Positions 47,094 to 55,601 of a DNA stretch of 64,000 nucleotides are shown one piece after another (positions within the stretch are counted from its first letter, which is position 1; every line of letters starts with the position of its first letter). The stretch covers positions 8,751 through 72,750 of the forward strand of contig MFVE01000008.1 in assembly GCA_001785985.1 (NCBI GenBank), written 5' to 3'. Both the position numbers and the translations under genes were made by a program. The notes beneath the pieces were generated by a model. It searched no databases. It was not told the origin of the DNA and worked only from the letters and a program-made list of their open reading frames with translations. This DNA is from Candidatus Nomurabacteria bacterium RIFCSPLOWO2_01_FULL_42_17 (lineage in GTDB: Bacteria > Patescibacteriota > Minisyncoccia > Phycocordibacterales > UBA9973).

Positions 47094-48755
47094 TTAGTAC
47101 ACTTCTTGCTGATAACATTTCTCACAATAGACTATTTCTGGACGCTCGGGAGCATAATTTGTAGTTATTTCTTTTTTACATTTCACGCAATTACGATCCC
47201 AGAATTTATATGGACCGCGATGCGTAATGCGGTCTCGGTGGCGACAATAAAAACATTTTCGCGGTATCGGAAGGTTCATTTTTCGATAAAATAAAAGCTC
47301 TTGATTGATGATTTTATAATTACGATTGCAATCTATACACTTTAAAATTTCATCCGTGATAGAGTCTGACACATCTTTTATATGATCTGGAATATCCTCT
47401 GGTTTCATCGTTTCCTTCCCTTCTGTTTTTTGGATATCATCTTCCCATCTAAAACCAGTCTTTAGCACTTCCTCTTTTGTCATAGGCATATTGTCTTGCG
47501 CAATACTTTCGTTATAAGCAAAAGGTGCAAGCTCAGGTGGAATCATTAGCCCATATAAATCTTTTTGTTTTAATTCTTCAATTATTTTCGCTCGCAGTCT
47601 CTCATATTCTTCTTTTGAATACTGTTTATTTAAAATTGAATATTCGCCATGATGTAACGCGTCGCAACCGATGCAATTTTTACAATTTCTGACATAAAAT
47701 CCATATAAAATATCTGTAGAATTCTCTGCGCCATATGTGCCAATCACATTACTACATAGACCGGTGGCAACCACTTCAAGCATTCGTTCTGATTTAGTGC
47801 CATAGCCGATAGTGTCCATAGAATCCTTGACTCCTTTTGAGGAAAATATATATCTAGAATCTTCTGCATTGGTAGCTTCAAAAGAATCTTTAACATTTTT
47901 GCACTCAAATAAATAATCTCCAGTGGAATTGACTGTCTTAATATTATTATTTTCGCGCATTGGAAAATCTAGAATGAATTTTTGAAATTCTTTTTTGAAT
48001 TCTTCTATCTTTTCATAACTGCCCATGATTTCACCCACTTTTTTCTTATACTCTTCTGGCTGCATTGGGTGATTAAAAAAATAATACGATTTATTATTTA
48101 AATTCACACAACCGAAACAATTCATCAATCCTCGGCAATTTAAAACAAAAGCAGAATCCACTGAACCGGTGATATTTTGGCCAAAAAGTATGCCCGCAGA
48201 CTCTTGAACATTTATAGATTCATAACATCTTTCAAAACTGGTGCCAAAATACATATCAGATGAATCATTACCATGCCTGACTCCCCTTGAATAAAGTAAT
48301 TCTTCGGCCGGACTAGTATTAAAAACTAAATAGCAATTTCTACAGCCAGTAGACATATTTGTGTATTCACTATTCACGTTTGCTCCGGAACCCAGAGAAA
48401 TATATGTAGTAATTTTTGGCACTTTTTTGAGAAGCTCGCCGAACTGCTCTAAAAAAGATTTATTTTCATCATAGTCCATCGCGTAATTTTTCGGCTCCCA
48501 TTTTTCGGAGTAAAAACAATCGTAGCAATAAATAGTGTAGGGAGATTTTGGATTATACATAGAGATAATACCCTTCCCGCAAAGTCCGCACTGACGTCCA
48601 GAATAAAGAGTCGTCTCATTTCGAAACATCGCGCGCATTTTAAAACGGCACGGAGGGCAGACTTTTGGTGATGGCACCTTCATCTTTTCATAAAATCCAA
48701 GATCGTCCAAATCTAGAATAAAATCTTGCCTGCATTTTTTACAATTTTGCTGCAT
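47094..48755 (-). CDS. Cys-rich protein with duplicated FYxK-x2-(V/L)P-x-P-x2-C-x2-CR zinc-ribbon modules at both ends (copy A, partly degenerate Cys repeats)
   Basis: 553 aa. N-terminus CKKCRQDF...FYEKMKVPSPKVCPPCR. C-terminus FYRKMNLPIPRKCFYCR...CVKCKKEITT...IVYCEKCYQQEVY. Two internal YSILNKQYSKEEYE-type blocks. Paralogue of 55602-57308. Confidence 0.6.
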   Translation of the reverse strand: MQQNCKKCRQDFILDLDDLGFYEKMKVPSPKVCPPCRFKMRAMFRNETTLYSGRQCGLCGKGIISMYNPKSPYTIYCYDCFYSEKWEPKNYAMDYDENKSFLEQFGELLKKVPKITTYISLGSGANVNSEYTNMSTGCRNCYLVFNTSPAEELLYSRGVRHGNDSSDMYFGTSFERCYESINVQESAGILFGQNITGSVDSAFVLNCRGLMNCFGCVNLNNKSYYFFNHPMQPEEYKKKVGEIMGSYEKIEEFKKEFQKFILDFPMRENNNIKTVNSTGDYLFECKNVKDSFEATNAEDSRYIFSSKGVKDSMDTIGYGTKSERMLEVVATGLCSNVIGTYGAENSTDILYGFYVRNCKNCIGCDALHHGEYSILNKQYSKEEYERLRAKIIEELKQKDLYGLMIPPELAPFAYNESIAQDNMPMTKEEVLKTGFRWEDDIQKTEGKETMKPEDIPDHIKDVSDSITDEILKCIDCNRNYKIINQELLFYRKMNLPIPRKCFYCRHRDRITHRGPYKFWDRNCVKCKKEITTNYAPERPEIVYCEKCYQQEVY

Positions 48756-48765
48756 AGTTTTATAT

Positions 48766-49068
48766 TTATGCGCTAATATACTGATACTGATTCATAAATT
48801 TATAAGAAAAAGGTTCTGCGTATTTTTCCAAAATACGTCGCTCAAAAGCATCCAACTTATCGTAGCCAAGAATAAAATTTTTAATTACGCTCCATTCTTC
48901 GCGTCCGGCCGGTTTAATATCTTTAAAAGATAAAATGTTATTAACTATGCCCAGCGCGCGATTTTTTGCATTCTCCGCGGCCTGCACTTTATGTGAATCA
49001 AAAAAAGAAAAAAGTCTGCCTATTTCAGGATATAAGTTCGCCATATAAAAAAGAGAGTTCTTTTCCAT
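48766..49068 (-). CDS. Hypothetical protein
   Basis: 100 aa. Its ATG is supplied by the 83-bp palindromic element. Confidence 0.4.
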   Translation of the reverse strand: MEKNSLFYMANLYPEIGRLFSFFDSHKVQAAENAKNRALGIVNNILSFKDIKPAGREEWSVIKNFILGYDKLDAFERRILEKYAEPFSYKFMNQYQYISA

Positions 49069-49143
49069 CCCAGTACTAAAATTTTAAATTGTTATTAATA
49101 TTGACCATTTGTTTTACTCAAAAATTTAGTACGGGACAGGTAA
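49063..49143 (-). repeat. 83-bp imperfect-palindrome intercistronic element, copy Y (reverse complement of copy X). Supplies the ATG of the 48766-49068 gene.
   Basis: Arms CCATCCCAGTACTAAAATTTT and AAAAATTTAGTACGGGACAGG are identical to the reverse complement of the copy X arms over 21 nt each. Confidence 0.6.
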
Positions 49144-49144
49144 A

Positions 49145-49495
49145 TTATTTTAGATCAATAAACTTATAAATAATCTCTGTGGCTTTTTTTGTCGTTTCTT
49201 CATTATTTATTCCACGCGAGCGATTACCAGAGTTTGGTTTAATATTAACCATAGAATCAAATTCTAAAACTCCATCAGGATTTTCCTCAAAACGAATATT
49301 AAAACCCCACACATCTTCAAATTTTGAACCAGAAGCCGTCAGCATTTCTGAAGATTCAATATGATAATCCCCTCCCAAAGCAACTCGTCCAAGCTCGACA
49401 TCAACAGTGCCCTTAATCATCGTGCCATACCAAAAATCAGCCATTTTTTTTACTTCTTCCATGCTTATTTTATTATCTAAAATTTGTATCTTCAT
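49145..49495 (-). CDS. Hypothetical protein
   Basis: 116 aa with no confident family. Confidence 0.4.
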   Translation of the reverse strand: MKIQILDNKISMEEVKKMADFWYGTMIKGTVDVELGRVALGGDYHIESSEMLTASGSKFEDVWGFNIRFEENPDGVLEFDSMVNIKPNSGNRSRGINNEETTKKATEIIYKFIDLK

Positions 49496-49501
49496 TTAAG
49501 T

Positions 49502-51610
49502 TTATTCTAAAATCTTCCGCAAGACATCTTCTGGAACTTCTTTTACTTTTTCAGCCTTAGGTTGACCAGCCTCGGGCTGGGGTTTTTGAGGTATAGAAAT
49601 GGGTAGAGGAGATGGCGCAGTTTTTGATGAAATTAAATCCTTCAATTTATTCATATCCTCCGAGCTCGCGGCGCGATCAGAGCCTGTGTGGATAGGCTTG
49701 GCAGAGACAGATTCTTTTATTTTTTCTTTTAGGGCATCAAGTGAAACAGGTGCTGGAACGGGTTCTTTTATCACTGATTTCTGTGGGGCAGCTCCGTCAC
49801 TAGTGATTTTATTTAGCACTTCTCGTAACGCTAAATTTTCCTCACCGGTGCGGGCAGGTTTCGGCTTTGGAGCTATGAAAACTTTTTTAATAGCCCCGAG
49901 AATCCCAGGTTTGGGATTGATATTAGAATGAATCGTATTTGAATGCGTACCTGCTCTAAAAGGAGGCTTAACCCATTTTTTATCTAGATGATGATCCTCC
50001 CTCTCTGGATATCTTTCTTTTTCTTCATCAATATTTTTTTCCTTTTTCTCGAATTCTATACCCAAATCGGCTAGTGGTTTGAAAAAAGTGACCTCATCAT
50101 GCTTGATCTGATTTTCGGAGCCTTTTTCTACCTTTACTTCGCCAGATTTTATTTTAGCGATGCAATCTTTGCAATAAACAGCTCGGCCCGGATCGGGTTT
50201 GAAGGGCACGGTCGTTTCTTTTTTGCAGAGCGAACAAATAGCTGGAAATTTTTCTAGATTTCCGCTTCCAGTGTCGGACTCGTTGCCGAGGGACATTCCG
50301 CTCCAATTATTGATCTCTCTCTCCACCACTTCTTTGCTCTTGCAGTAAAGGGCGCGCGAAGAACGGATCACTTCTTCTTCGATCTTTTTATCGCCGGACT
50401 TCACTAGAGGTGGCAAAGTTTTGGCGGAAAAGGGACGAGAAGTAACCCCGTCGATCATCAGCTTTAGATAAATTTTATAATTCGGCAAGTTTACTATGTC
50501 TTGCGGGGTGAATTCCGGGTCAAATTCGGGCTCTAAAAATTCTGCATCGTCCGCCCCAACCCGGAAAACTATCGTCGTACCAACGTTGCCGAAAACGGCG
50601 TCTCGCACAGCTGAACTTTTATCTACTACGAGCTGAGCAGTATATTGATGGGCTACGGTGAGGTTGAGTCTGTATTTTCTAGCTTCCGAAAGAATTCCGG
50701 CGAATGCGTCCGTCACGAAATTTTGAAATTCATCCACAAAAAGATAAAAATCTTTTCTACTTTCTTCGGGAATACGCACCCGTTCCATCGCCGCTAGCTG
50801 AATCTTGGTAATGATCATACCGCCCAGAAGCCCGGAATTGTCTTCACCAATGCGCCCTTTGGAAACGTTTACTAAAAAGATCTTGCCTTCGTTCATCATG
50901 TCAAAAATATTTATCGTGCTTTTGGATTGACCGACGACATTTCGAATGATGCTGGTGGAGAGAAATTGCCCGACTTTATTTTGAATCGGCGCGATTGCTT
51001 CGTTTCGAAATTTATCCTGCCAGGCCTCGTATTCGTGTATCCAGAAAGCCTTGATGACCGGATCTTTTAAATTAGAAATTATTTTTTGGCGGTAATCTTT
51101 GTCCACCAACATTCTGGGGATACCGAGGAGAGTCGTACCCGGAGTGTCGAGTAAGGCCAAAATCGCATTGTTTAAAATATATTCCATTCGAGCGCTCCAA
51201 GCATTCGCCCAAATTTTAGTAAAAATTCCCATCAGACCCGAAGCCACCAAATGTTTGTATTGCGGATCAATCAATTCTAAAACATTAAAGCCGATATGAT
51301 GATCTGCGTCGGCTGGATTGAAATAGACGACGTCTTTGACGCGCTCGGGTGGAATGGCCGACAGGACTGCTTCGACATTTTCTCCATGAGGGTCAACCAT
51401 GCAGACCCCATCTCCATTTTTGATATTCTGAATAATCATGTTGAACATCAAAGCCGATTTACCTGTGCCGGACTTTCCAAGAATATAAACATGCTGACGC
51501 CTGTCTTTGCGCTTGATGCCAAAAAGCTGATTCCTGTCGCGATAAGTGCTGACTCCGAGATAGGTAATCTCCTTATTCTGAGGTATTTGGGGTATTTCTG
51601 GCAGATCCAT
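49502..51610 (-). CDS. Soluble HerA/FtsK-superfamily P-loop ATPase, copy B, with a C-terminal zinc ribbon and a Pro/Lys-rich tail
   Basis: 702 aa. Walker A ILGKSGTGKS then MVDPHGEN, Walker B LFVDEFQN, AHQ motif. The C-terminal ribbon CSLCKKETT...VYCKDCIAK matches the C-terminal ribbon of the Cys-rich proteins. Confidence 0.7.
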   Translation of the reverse strand: MDLPEIPQIPQNKEITYLGVSTYRDRNQLFGIKRKDRRQHVYILGKSGTGKSALMFNMIIQNIKNGDGVCMVDPHGENVEAVLSAIPPERVKDVVYFNPADADHHIGFNVLELIDPQYKHLVASGLMGIFTKIWANAWSARMEYILNNAILALLDTPGTTLLGIPRMLVDKDYRQKIISNLKDPVIKAFWIHEYEAWQDKFRNEAIAPIQNKVGQFLSTSIIRNVVGQSKSTINIFDMMNEGKIFLVNVSKGRIGEDNSGLLGGMIITKIQLAAMERVRIPEESRKDFYLFVDEFQNFVTDAFAGILSEARKYRLNLTVAHQYTAQLVVDKSSAVRDAVFGNVGTTIVFRVGADDAEFLEPEFDPEFTPQDIVNLPNYKIYLKLMIDGVTSRPFSAKTLPPLVKSGDKKIEEEVIRSSRALYCKSKEVVEREINNWSGMSLGNESDTGSGNLEKFPAICSLCKKETTVPFKPDPGRAVYCKDCIAKIKSGEVKVEKGSENQIKHDEVTFFKPLADLGIEFEKKEKNIDEEKERYPEREDHHLDKKWVKPPFRAGTHSNTIHSNINPKPGILGAIKKVFIAPKPKPARTGEENLALREVLNKITSDGAAPQKSVIKEPVPAPVSLDALKEKIKESVSAKPIHTGSDRAASSEDMNKLKDLISSKTAPSPLPISIPQKPQPEAGQPKAEKVKEVPEDVLRKILE

Positions 51611-51721
51611 ATAATGCTATTTTACAATAAAATGGCTCTTTGCGCTAATTTAACTTGACTTTTGTCTAACTTTAGAATACACTGGGAGTGTAAATGCTTT
51701 CCTTGTCGAAAGCTCCGAGAA

Positions 51722-51764
51722 ACCCCCGAAAGGGGGTTTCGTATTTTATAAAATACTCCCGCCC
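51722..51764 (-). terminator. Terminator-like hairpins just downstream of the dnaK stop (GCCCC-CGGA-GGGGC with a U-rich tail on the minus strand, and AAACCCCC-GAAA-GGGGGTTT)
   Basis: Both stems were read directly. Confidence 0.4.
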
Positions 51765-51788
51765 CCGGAGGGGCTTTTAGGAAAAATT

Positions 51789-53699
51789 TTATTTCTTCGG
51801 CGCCTCGCCTTCAGGCTTCTCTCCTTCTTTGAATTCCGCATCTTTTACTTCCGCTGGTTGCTCTTCTGGAGCTCCGGCTGGAGGAGTAGTCGTACCACCA
51901 GCCTTTTGTATTGCTTCCCCTATTTTGGACATTTCAGCCGAAAGTTCTTCGGTCGCTTTTTTGATTGCCTCTCCATCCGTGCCATCTTTAGTAGTTTTGA
52001 GCGCGGTAATTTTCATATTGACGCTGTCTTTTAATTCCGCCGGAATTTTAGCTTCGTTATCTTTCAACGCCTTTTCAGCGGTATAAATAATCATCTCTGC
52101 GGTATTTTTCACATCCACCACATCTTTTTTCTTTTTATCTTCCTCAGCGTGCATTTCCGCGTCTTTCTGCATTTTTTTAATTTCCTCATCTTTGAGTCCA
52201 GAGCTTGCTTCTATTTTGATCGATTGAGTCTTGCCAGAAGCTTTGTCTTTCGCCGTGACATTCAAGATTCCATTCGCATCCACATCGAAGGAAACCTCGA
52301 TCTGCGGCATACCGCGAGGCGCTGGTGGAACTCCGTCTAAAATAAATCTTCCTAAAGATCGGTTGTCAGACGCCATCGGACGTTCTCCTTGAACTATATG
52401 GATCTCTACGCTAGTCTGATTGTCAGCAGCCGTAGAAAAGACTTGAGACTTGCTGGACGGAATGGTCGTATTCCTCTCGATTAATTTGGTCGCCACTCCT
52501 CCGAGCGTTTCGATGCCGAGAGAAAGAGGAATGACATCGAGCAAGAGAACATCGCGCACATCTCCGGCGAGTACGCCGGCCTGCACCGCCGCGCCGAGCG
52601 CCACCACTTCGTCCGGATTGATAGACATATTCGGCTCTTTGCCGAAAAGATTTTTCACTGCCTGCACAATCGCCGGCATTCTGGTTTGTCCGCCCACCAT
52701 GATGATTTCATTTATTTCTTCCATTTTGAAAGGTGAAGCCGCTAGTGCCCTCTTGGTGATCTCAATCGAACGATCAATCAGATCTTTCGTGAGAGATTCA
52801 AGTGTGGCACGAGACATCTTCATCAATAAATGCTTCGGTCCTCCAGCATCCGAAGTGATGAAAGGAATATTTATTTCTGATTCAATGGTTGTAGAGAGTT
52901 CATGCTTTGCTTTTTCCGCAGCCTCACGAAGTCTCTGATGAGCAAGCGGATCTTTAGTTACATCAATGCCAGATTCTTTTTTATATTCTTCCGCAATCCA
53001 CTTCACTATCTTTCGATCAATATCGCCTCCGCCCATGTGACTGTCGCCATCTATAGATTTAACCTCAATAACATCACTGCCTATCTCGAGCACGGACACG
53101 TCAAAAGTTCCTCCACCAAAATCATAAACCACAATCTTTTCATTTTTCTTTTTATCAAATCCATAAGCGAGCGCGGCAGCCGTCGGCTCGTTTATAATTC
53201 TTTTTACATCTAATCCCGCGATCGCTCCGGCATCCTTGGTCGCTTTTCTTTGCGCATCATTAAAATACGCCGGCACGGTGATAACCGCTTCGGTTATTTT
53301 CTCTCCGAGCTTTGCTTCCACATCTGTCTTTATTTTTTGCAAAATCATCGCAGAAATTTCTTCCGGTCGGTAAAATTTATCTGTCATTTTAACTTTCACT
53401 CCGCCGCCATCGCCTGCTTCTATTTTAAACGGCGCGGTTCCGCGGTCTTTTTGCACTTCCGGATCGTCAAAACGATGCCCCATCAGACGCTTAATTTCCG
53501 CAATTGTATTTTCTGGATTTGTAATTGCTTGCCTTCTAGCTAAAAGCCCGACAATCCGATCGCCATTTTTTGCAGTCGCCACCACCGAAGGCGTCGTGCG
53601 ATTACCTTCAATATTTTCAATAATCTTCGGCGCGCCTCCTTCGATGACAGCGACCGCTGAATTTGTTGTACCCAAATCTATACCTATTATTTTTGCCAT
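51789..53699 (-). CDS. dnaK: Chaperone DnaK (Hsp70)
   Basis: The likely start is [14 protein letters not shown] at 53699; the ORF-track N-terminal extension is spurious. Full-length Hsp70 signatures. Confidence 0.93.
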   Translation of the reverse strand: MAKIIGIDLGTTNSAVAVIEGGAPKIIENIEGNRTTPSVVATAKNGDRIVGLLARRQAITNPENTIAEIKRLMGHRFDDPEVQKDRGTAPFKIEAGDGGGVKVKMTDKFYRPEEISAMILQKIKTDVEAKLGEKITEAVITVPAYFNDAQRKATKDAGAIAGLDVKRIINEPTAAALAYGFDKKKNEKIVVYDFGGGTFDVSVLEIGSDVIEVKSIDGDSHMGGGDIDRKIVKWIAEEYKKESGIDVTKDPLAHQRLREAAEKAKHELSTTIESEINIPFITSDAGGPKHLLMKMSRATLESLTKDLIDRSIEITKRALAASPFKMEEINEIIMVGGQTRMPAIVQAVKNLFGKEPNMSINPDEVVALGAAVQAGVLAGDVRDVLLLDVIPLSLGIETLGGVATKLIERNTTIPSSKSQVFSTAADNQTSVEIHIVQGERPMASDNRSLGRFILDGVPPAPRGMPQIEVSFDVDANGILNVTAKDKASGKTQSIKIEASSGLKDEEIKKMQKDAEMHAEEDKKKKDVVDVKNTAEMIIYTAEKALKDNEAKIPAELKDSVNMKITALKTTKDGTDGEAIKKATEELSAEMSKIGEAIQKAGGTTTPPAGAPEEQPAEVKDAEFKEGEKPEGEAPKK

Positions 53700-53876
53700 A
53701 TGTTTTATTTTATTAACTAATAAATTTATTAATTTTAAAAAATCAACGCTCCCAAAACGAAACCAACTATAAACCAAAAGATAATGAGCCTAGTTCCTGT
53801 TTTTTCTAATAATCTTTTTTGTTCTGCTAACGTATCATTTACATTTTTTTCGTACATATATTTTATATAAAATTAA

Positions 53877-54167
53877 TTAATAATTATTTAAATTTAATTT
53901 AACTACGAACCAACTAACAATAATGCTAATAATTATCGGTATTAATAAATTCCATATTGTTTTTGGTAACCAAGATTCTCTTTTATCGATTAAAAAATTT
54001 CTTTTATGCTCTAAAATTTCTAATCTATGAACTAATGGTTTTTTTGCTTGGTCAAATTGCCCATCAAGGATTGATTGAGGTATGGGTTTACGCAATTTGT
54101 TGGGCAAATCAAAAATCTCCTCCTTTATTTCTAATATTTCTTTTTCAATTTTATAGAACTTACTCAT
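53877..54167 (-). CDS. Hypothetical small C-terminally anchored protein
   Basis: 96 aa with a single C-terminal TM helix. Confidence 0.35.
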   Translation of the reverse strand: MSKFYKIEKEILEIKEEIFDLPNKLRKPIPQSILDGQFDQAKKPLVHRLEILEHKRNFLIDKRESWLPKTIWNLLIPIIISIIVSWFVVKLNLNNY

Positions 54168-54270
54168 ACGCGATAATTATATACCCATCTTTAATTTTTA
54201 GCAAGTTTTTCGTGACCACGAAATACTTGTCAAAAGTTAGTACATAGTATAAGATATAACATGTCAACTT

Positions 54271-54291
54271 GTGGAGGACGGTCCTTCACAG
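54271..54291. repeat. REP2 copy (GTGGAGGACGGTCCTTCACAG), 5' flank of RAYT2
   Basis: One mismatch from a perfect palindrome. Confidence 0.75.
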
Positions 54292-55026
54292 TATGATATA
54301 AATATGCAACGACCTCATACATTTTCTATCGACGAGTACTATCATTTATATAATCGCGGAACTGACAAGAGATCTATTTTTCTAGATGTTAATGATTATC
54401 ATCGATTTATTATGCTTCTCTATCTTTGTAATACAATCGAGCCATTTGATATGCAAAAGATTTTCCGCACTAACGGTGAAGGACCGTCCTTCACAGAAAT
54501 ATTTAAACTTCATCGAGGTCAGCCCATTATTTCCATAGGCACCTGGGTACTCATGCCAAATCATTTTCATCTATTGGTAAAAGAAATAGCTGAAGGAGGA
54601 ATCACGACATTCATGCGAAAAGTGAATACTGGATATTCAATGTATTTTAATAAAAAATATGGGAGAACGGGAAATCTATTTCAGGGAAAATTTAAATCAG
54701 AACATGCCGATAATGATAATTATCTTAAGTATCTTTTTTCATATATCCATCTTAATCCAATAAAATTAATCAGAGGCGAGGATAACTGGAAAGAAGTTGG
54801 AATTACAAATCTAAATAATGCAAAAGATTTTTTATCTAAATATGAATACTCAAGTCTGCCTAGTTATCTAACTATAAAGACTAATTTTAACAAAATTATT
54901 CAGAAAGATTTATTCCCTGAATATTTTCCTGATCCAAATAATATATGGGATGATATGACAGAATGGCTTACTTCTAAAAAAGAACCCGAAGAAAAAATTA
55001 TGAAGGACGGTCCTTCACAGAAATAA
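54271..55026 (+). CDS. IS200/IS605-like HUH (Y1) tyrosine transposase of the REP-associated (RAYT/COG1943) type, paralogue 2
   Basis: 251 aa. The start may be the internal Met at 54304. YHLYNRGTDKRSIF block, HUH motif NHFHLLV, and LFQGKFKSEH...YLFSYIHLNPIKL matching the RAYT catalytic-Tyr helix. Peptides GEGPSF and KDGPSQK are encoded by REP2 copies. Confidence 0.75.
   Translation: MEDGPSQYDINMQRPHTFSIDEYYHLYNRGTDKRSIFLDVNDYHRFIMLLYLCNTIEPFDMQKIFRTNGEGPSFTEIFKLHRGQPIISIGTWVLMPNHFHLLVKEIAEGGITTFMRKVNTGYSMYFNKKYGRTGNLFQGKFKSEHADNDNYLKYLFSYIHLNPIKLIRGEDNWKEVGITNLNNAKDFLSKYEYSSLPSYLTIKTNFNKIIQKDLFPEYFPDPNNIWDDMTEWLTSKKEPEEKIMKDGPSQK
54475..54498. repeat. REP2 copy (GGTGAAGGACCGTCCTTCACAGAAAT) embedded in-frame in RAYT2, encoding GEGPSFTE
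   Basis: Perfect 8-bp arms. Same loop position as the REP1 copy in paralogue 1. Confidence 0.8.
55002..55025. repeat. REP2 copy (TGAAGGACGGTCCTTCACAGAAAT) overlapping the RAYT2 stop
   Basis: Perfect palindrome. Confidence 0.8.
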
Positions 55027-55030
55027 AAAA

Positions 55031-55558
55031 ATGAAAAACAAAAAACAGAATTACAAAGAAAAAATATTAAATTTATTGTCGGAAAGAACTGCAGTCTCTT
55101 TTACTGAGATTAATAGATTCGTGAAGGACGGTCCTTCACAGAAATACGCTGTAACCCGTTCAATAAAGGGCTTGAAGGAGGCTGGACTAATAGAACAAAT
55201 AGCATCTCCGCAAAACGAATACGCTCGTTTGACAAAAGAGGGGCAAAAAAAAGTACATATTTTAAAATTAGATAGTGATACGACACTGGTGAATACCACT
55301 TGGGATGGATTTTGGAGAATTATTTTGATAGATCTGCCAGAAGACAGAAAAAGTGAACGCGAAAGTCTACGTTACCTTCTAAAAAAAGCCGGCTTCGTCT
55401 GCTTGAAGAATTCTGCTTGGATCTCCCCTTTCCCCTTTGAACATTTGTTCACGAATATAAAAAAAGACTTGGGACTAAGAGAAGAAATGATGATCATTGT
55501 CACCGAATTTGTGGACGAAGAGACAAAAAAATTTCTATTTGAAACTTTCGGGAAATAA
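55031..55558 (+). CDS. PaaX-family-like transcriptional regulator (N-terminal winged HTH and a C-terminal PaaX_C/Cas2-like domain)
   Basis: 175 aa. wHTH ILNLLSERTAVSFTEIN...VTRSIKGLKEAGLIE. C-terminal WDGFWRIILIDLPEDRKSERESLRYLLKKAGFVCLKNSAWISPFP matches the PaaX C-terminal pattern W.G.W....D.PE...R..LR..L...GF..L..S.W.SP. Carries an in-frame REP2 copy (VKDGPSQK). Confidence 0.55.
   Translation: MKNKKQNYKEKILNLLSERTAVSFTEINRFVKDGPSQKYAVTRSIKGLKEAGLIEQIASPQNEYARLTKEGQKKVHILKLDSDTTLVNTTWDGFWRIILIDLPEDRKSERESLRYLLKKAGFVCLKNSAWISPFPFEHLFTNIKKDLGLREEMMIIVTEFVDEETKKFLFETFGK
55122..55146. repeat. REP2 copy (GTGAAGGACGGTCCTTCACAGAAAT) in-frame within the PaaX-like gene
   Basis: Perfect palindrome. 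Confidence 0.8.
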
Positions 55559-55601
55559 ACTAATTTACTATTATTATGCTATAGCATTATTATAGTAAAT
55601 T

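Larger units (their letters stand above)
54262..55146 (+). mobile_element. RAYT-like transposase unit 2. The gene is flanked and interrupted by cognate REP-like palindrome TGAAGGAC(G/C)GTCCTTCACAG (4 copies). One copy lies inside the downstream PaaX-like gene.
   Basis: Copies at 54271-54291, 54475-54498, 55002-55025 and 55122-55146, each an 8-bp-arm palindrome with a conserved 3' extension CAGAAAT. Confidence 0.65.

Noticed and set aside
53778-54166. CIRCE/HrcA operator (TTAGCACTC-N9-GAGTGCTAA) upstream of dnaK or grpE
   Set aside because: Only a partial TTAGCAC occurs at about 57975, with no inverted partner.
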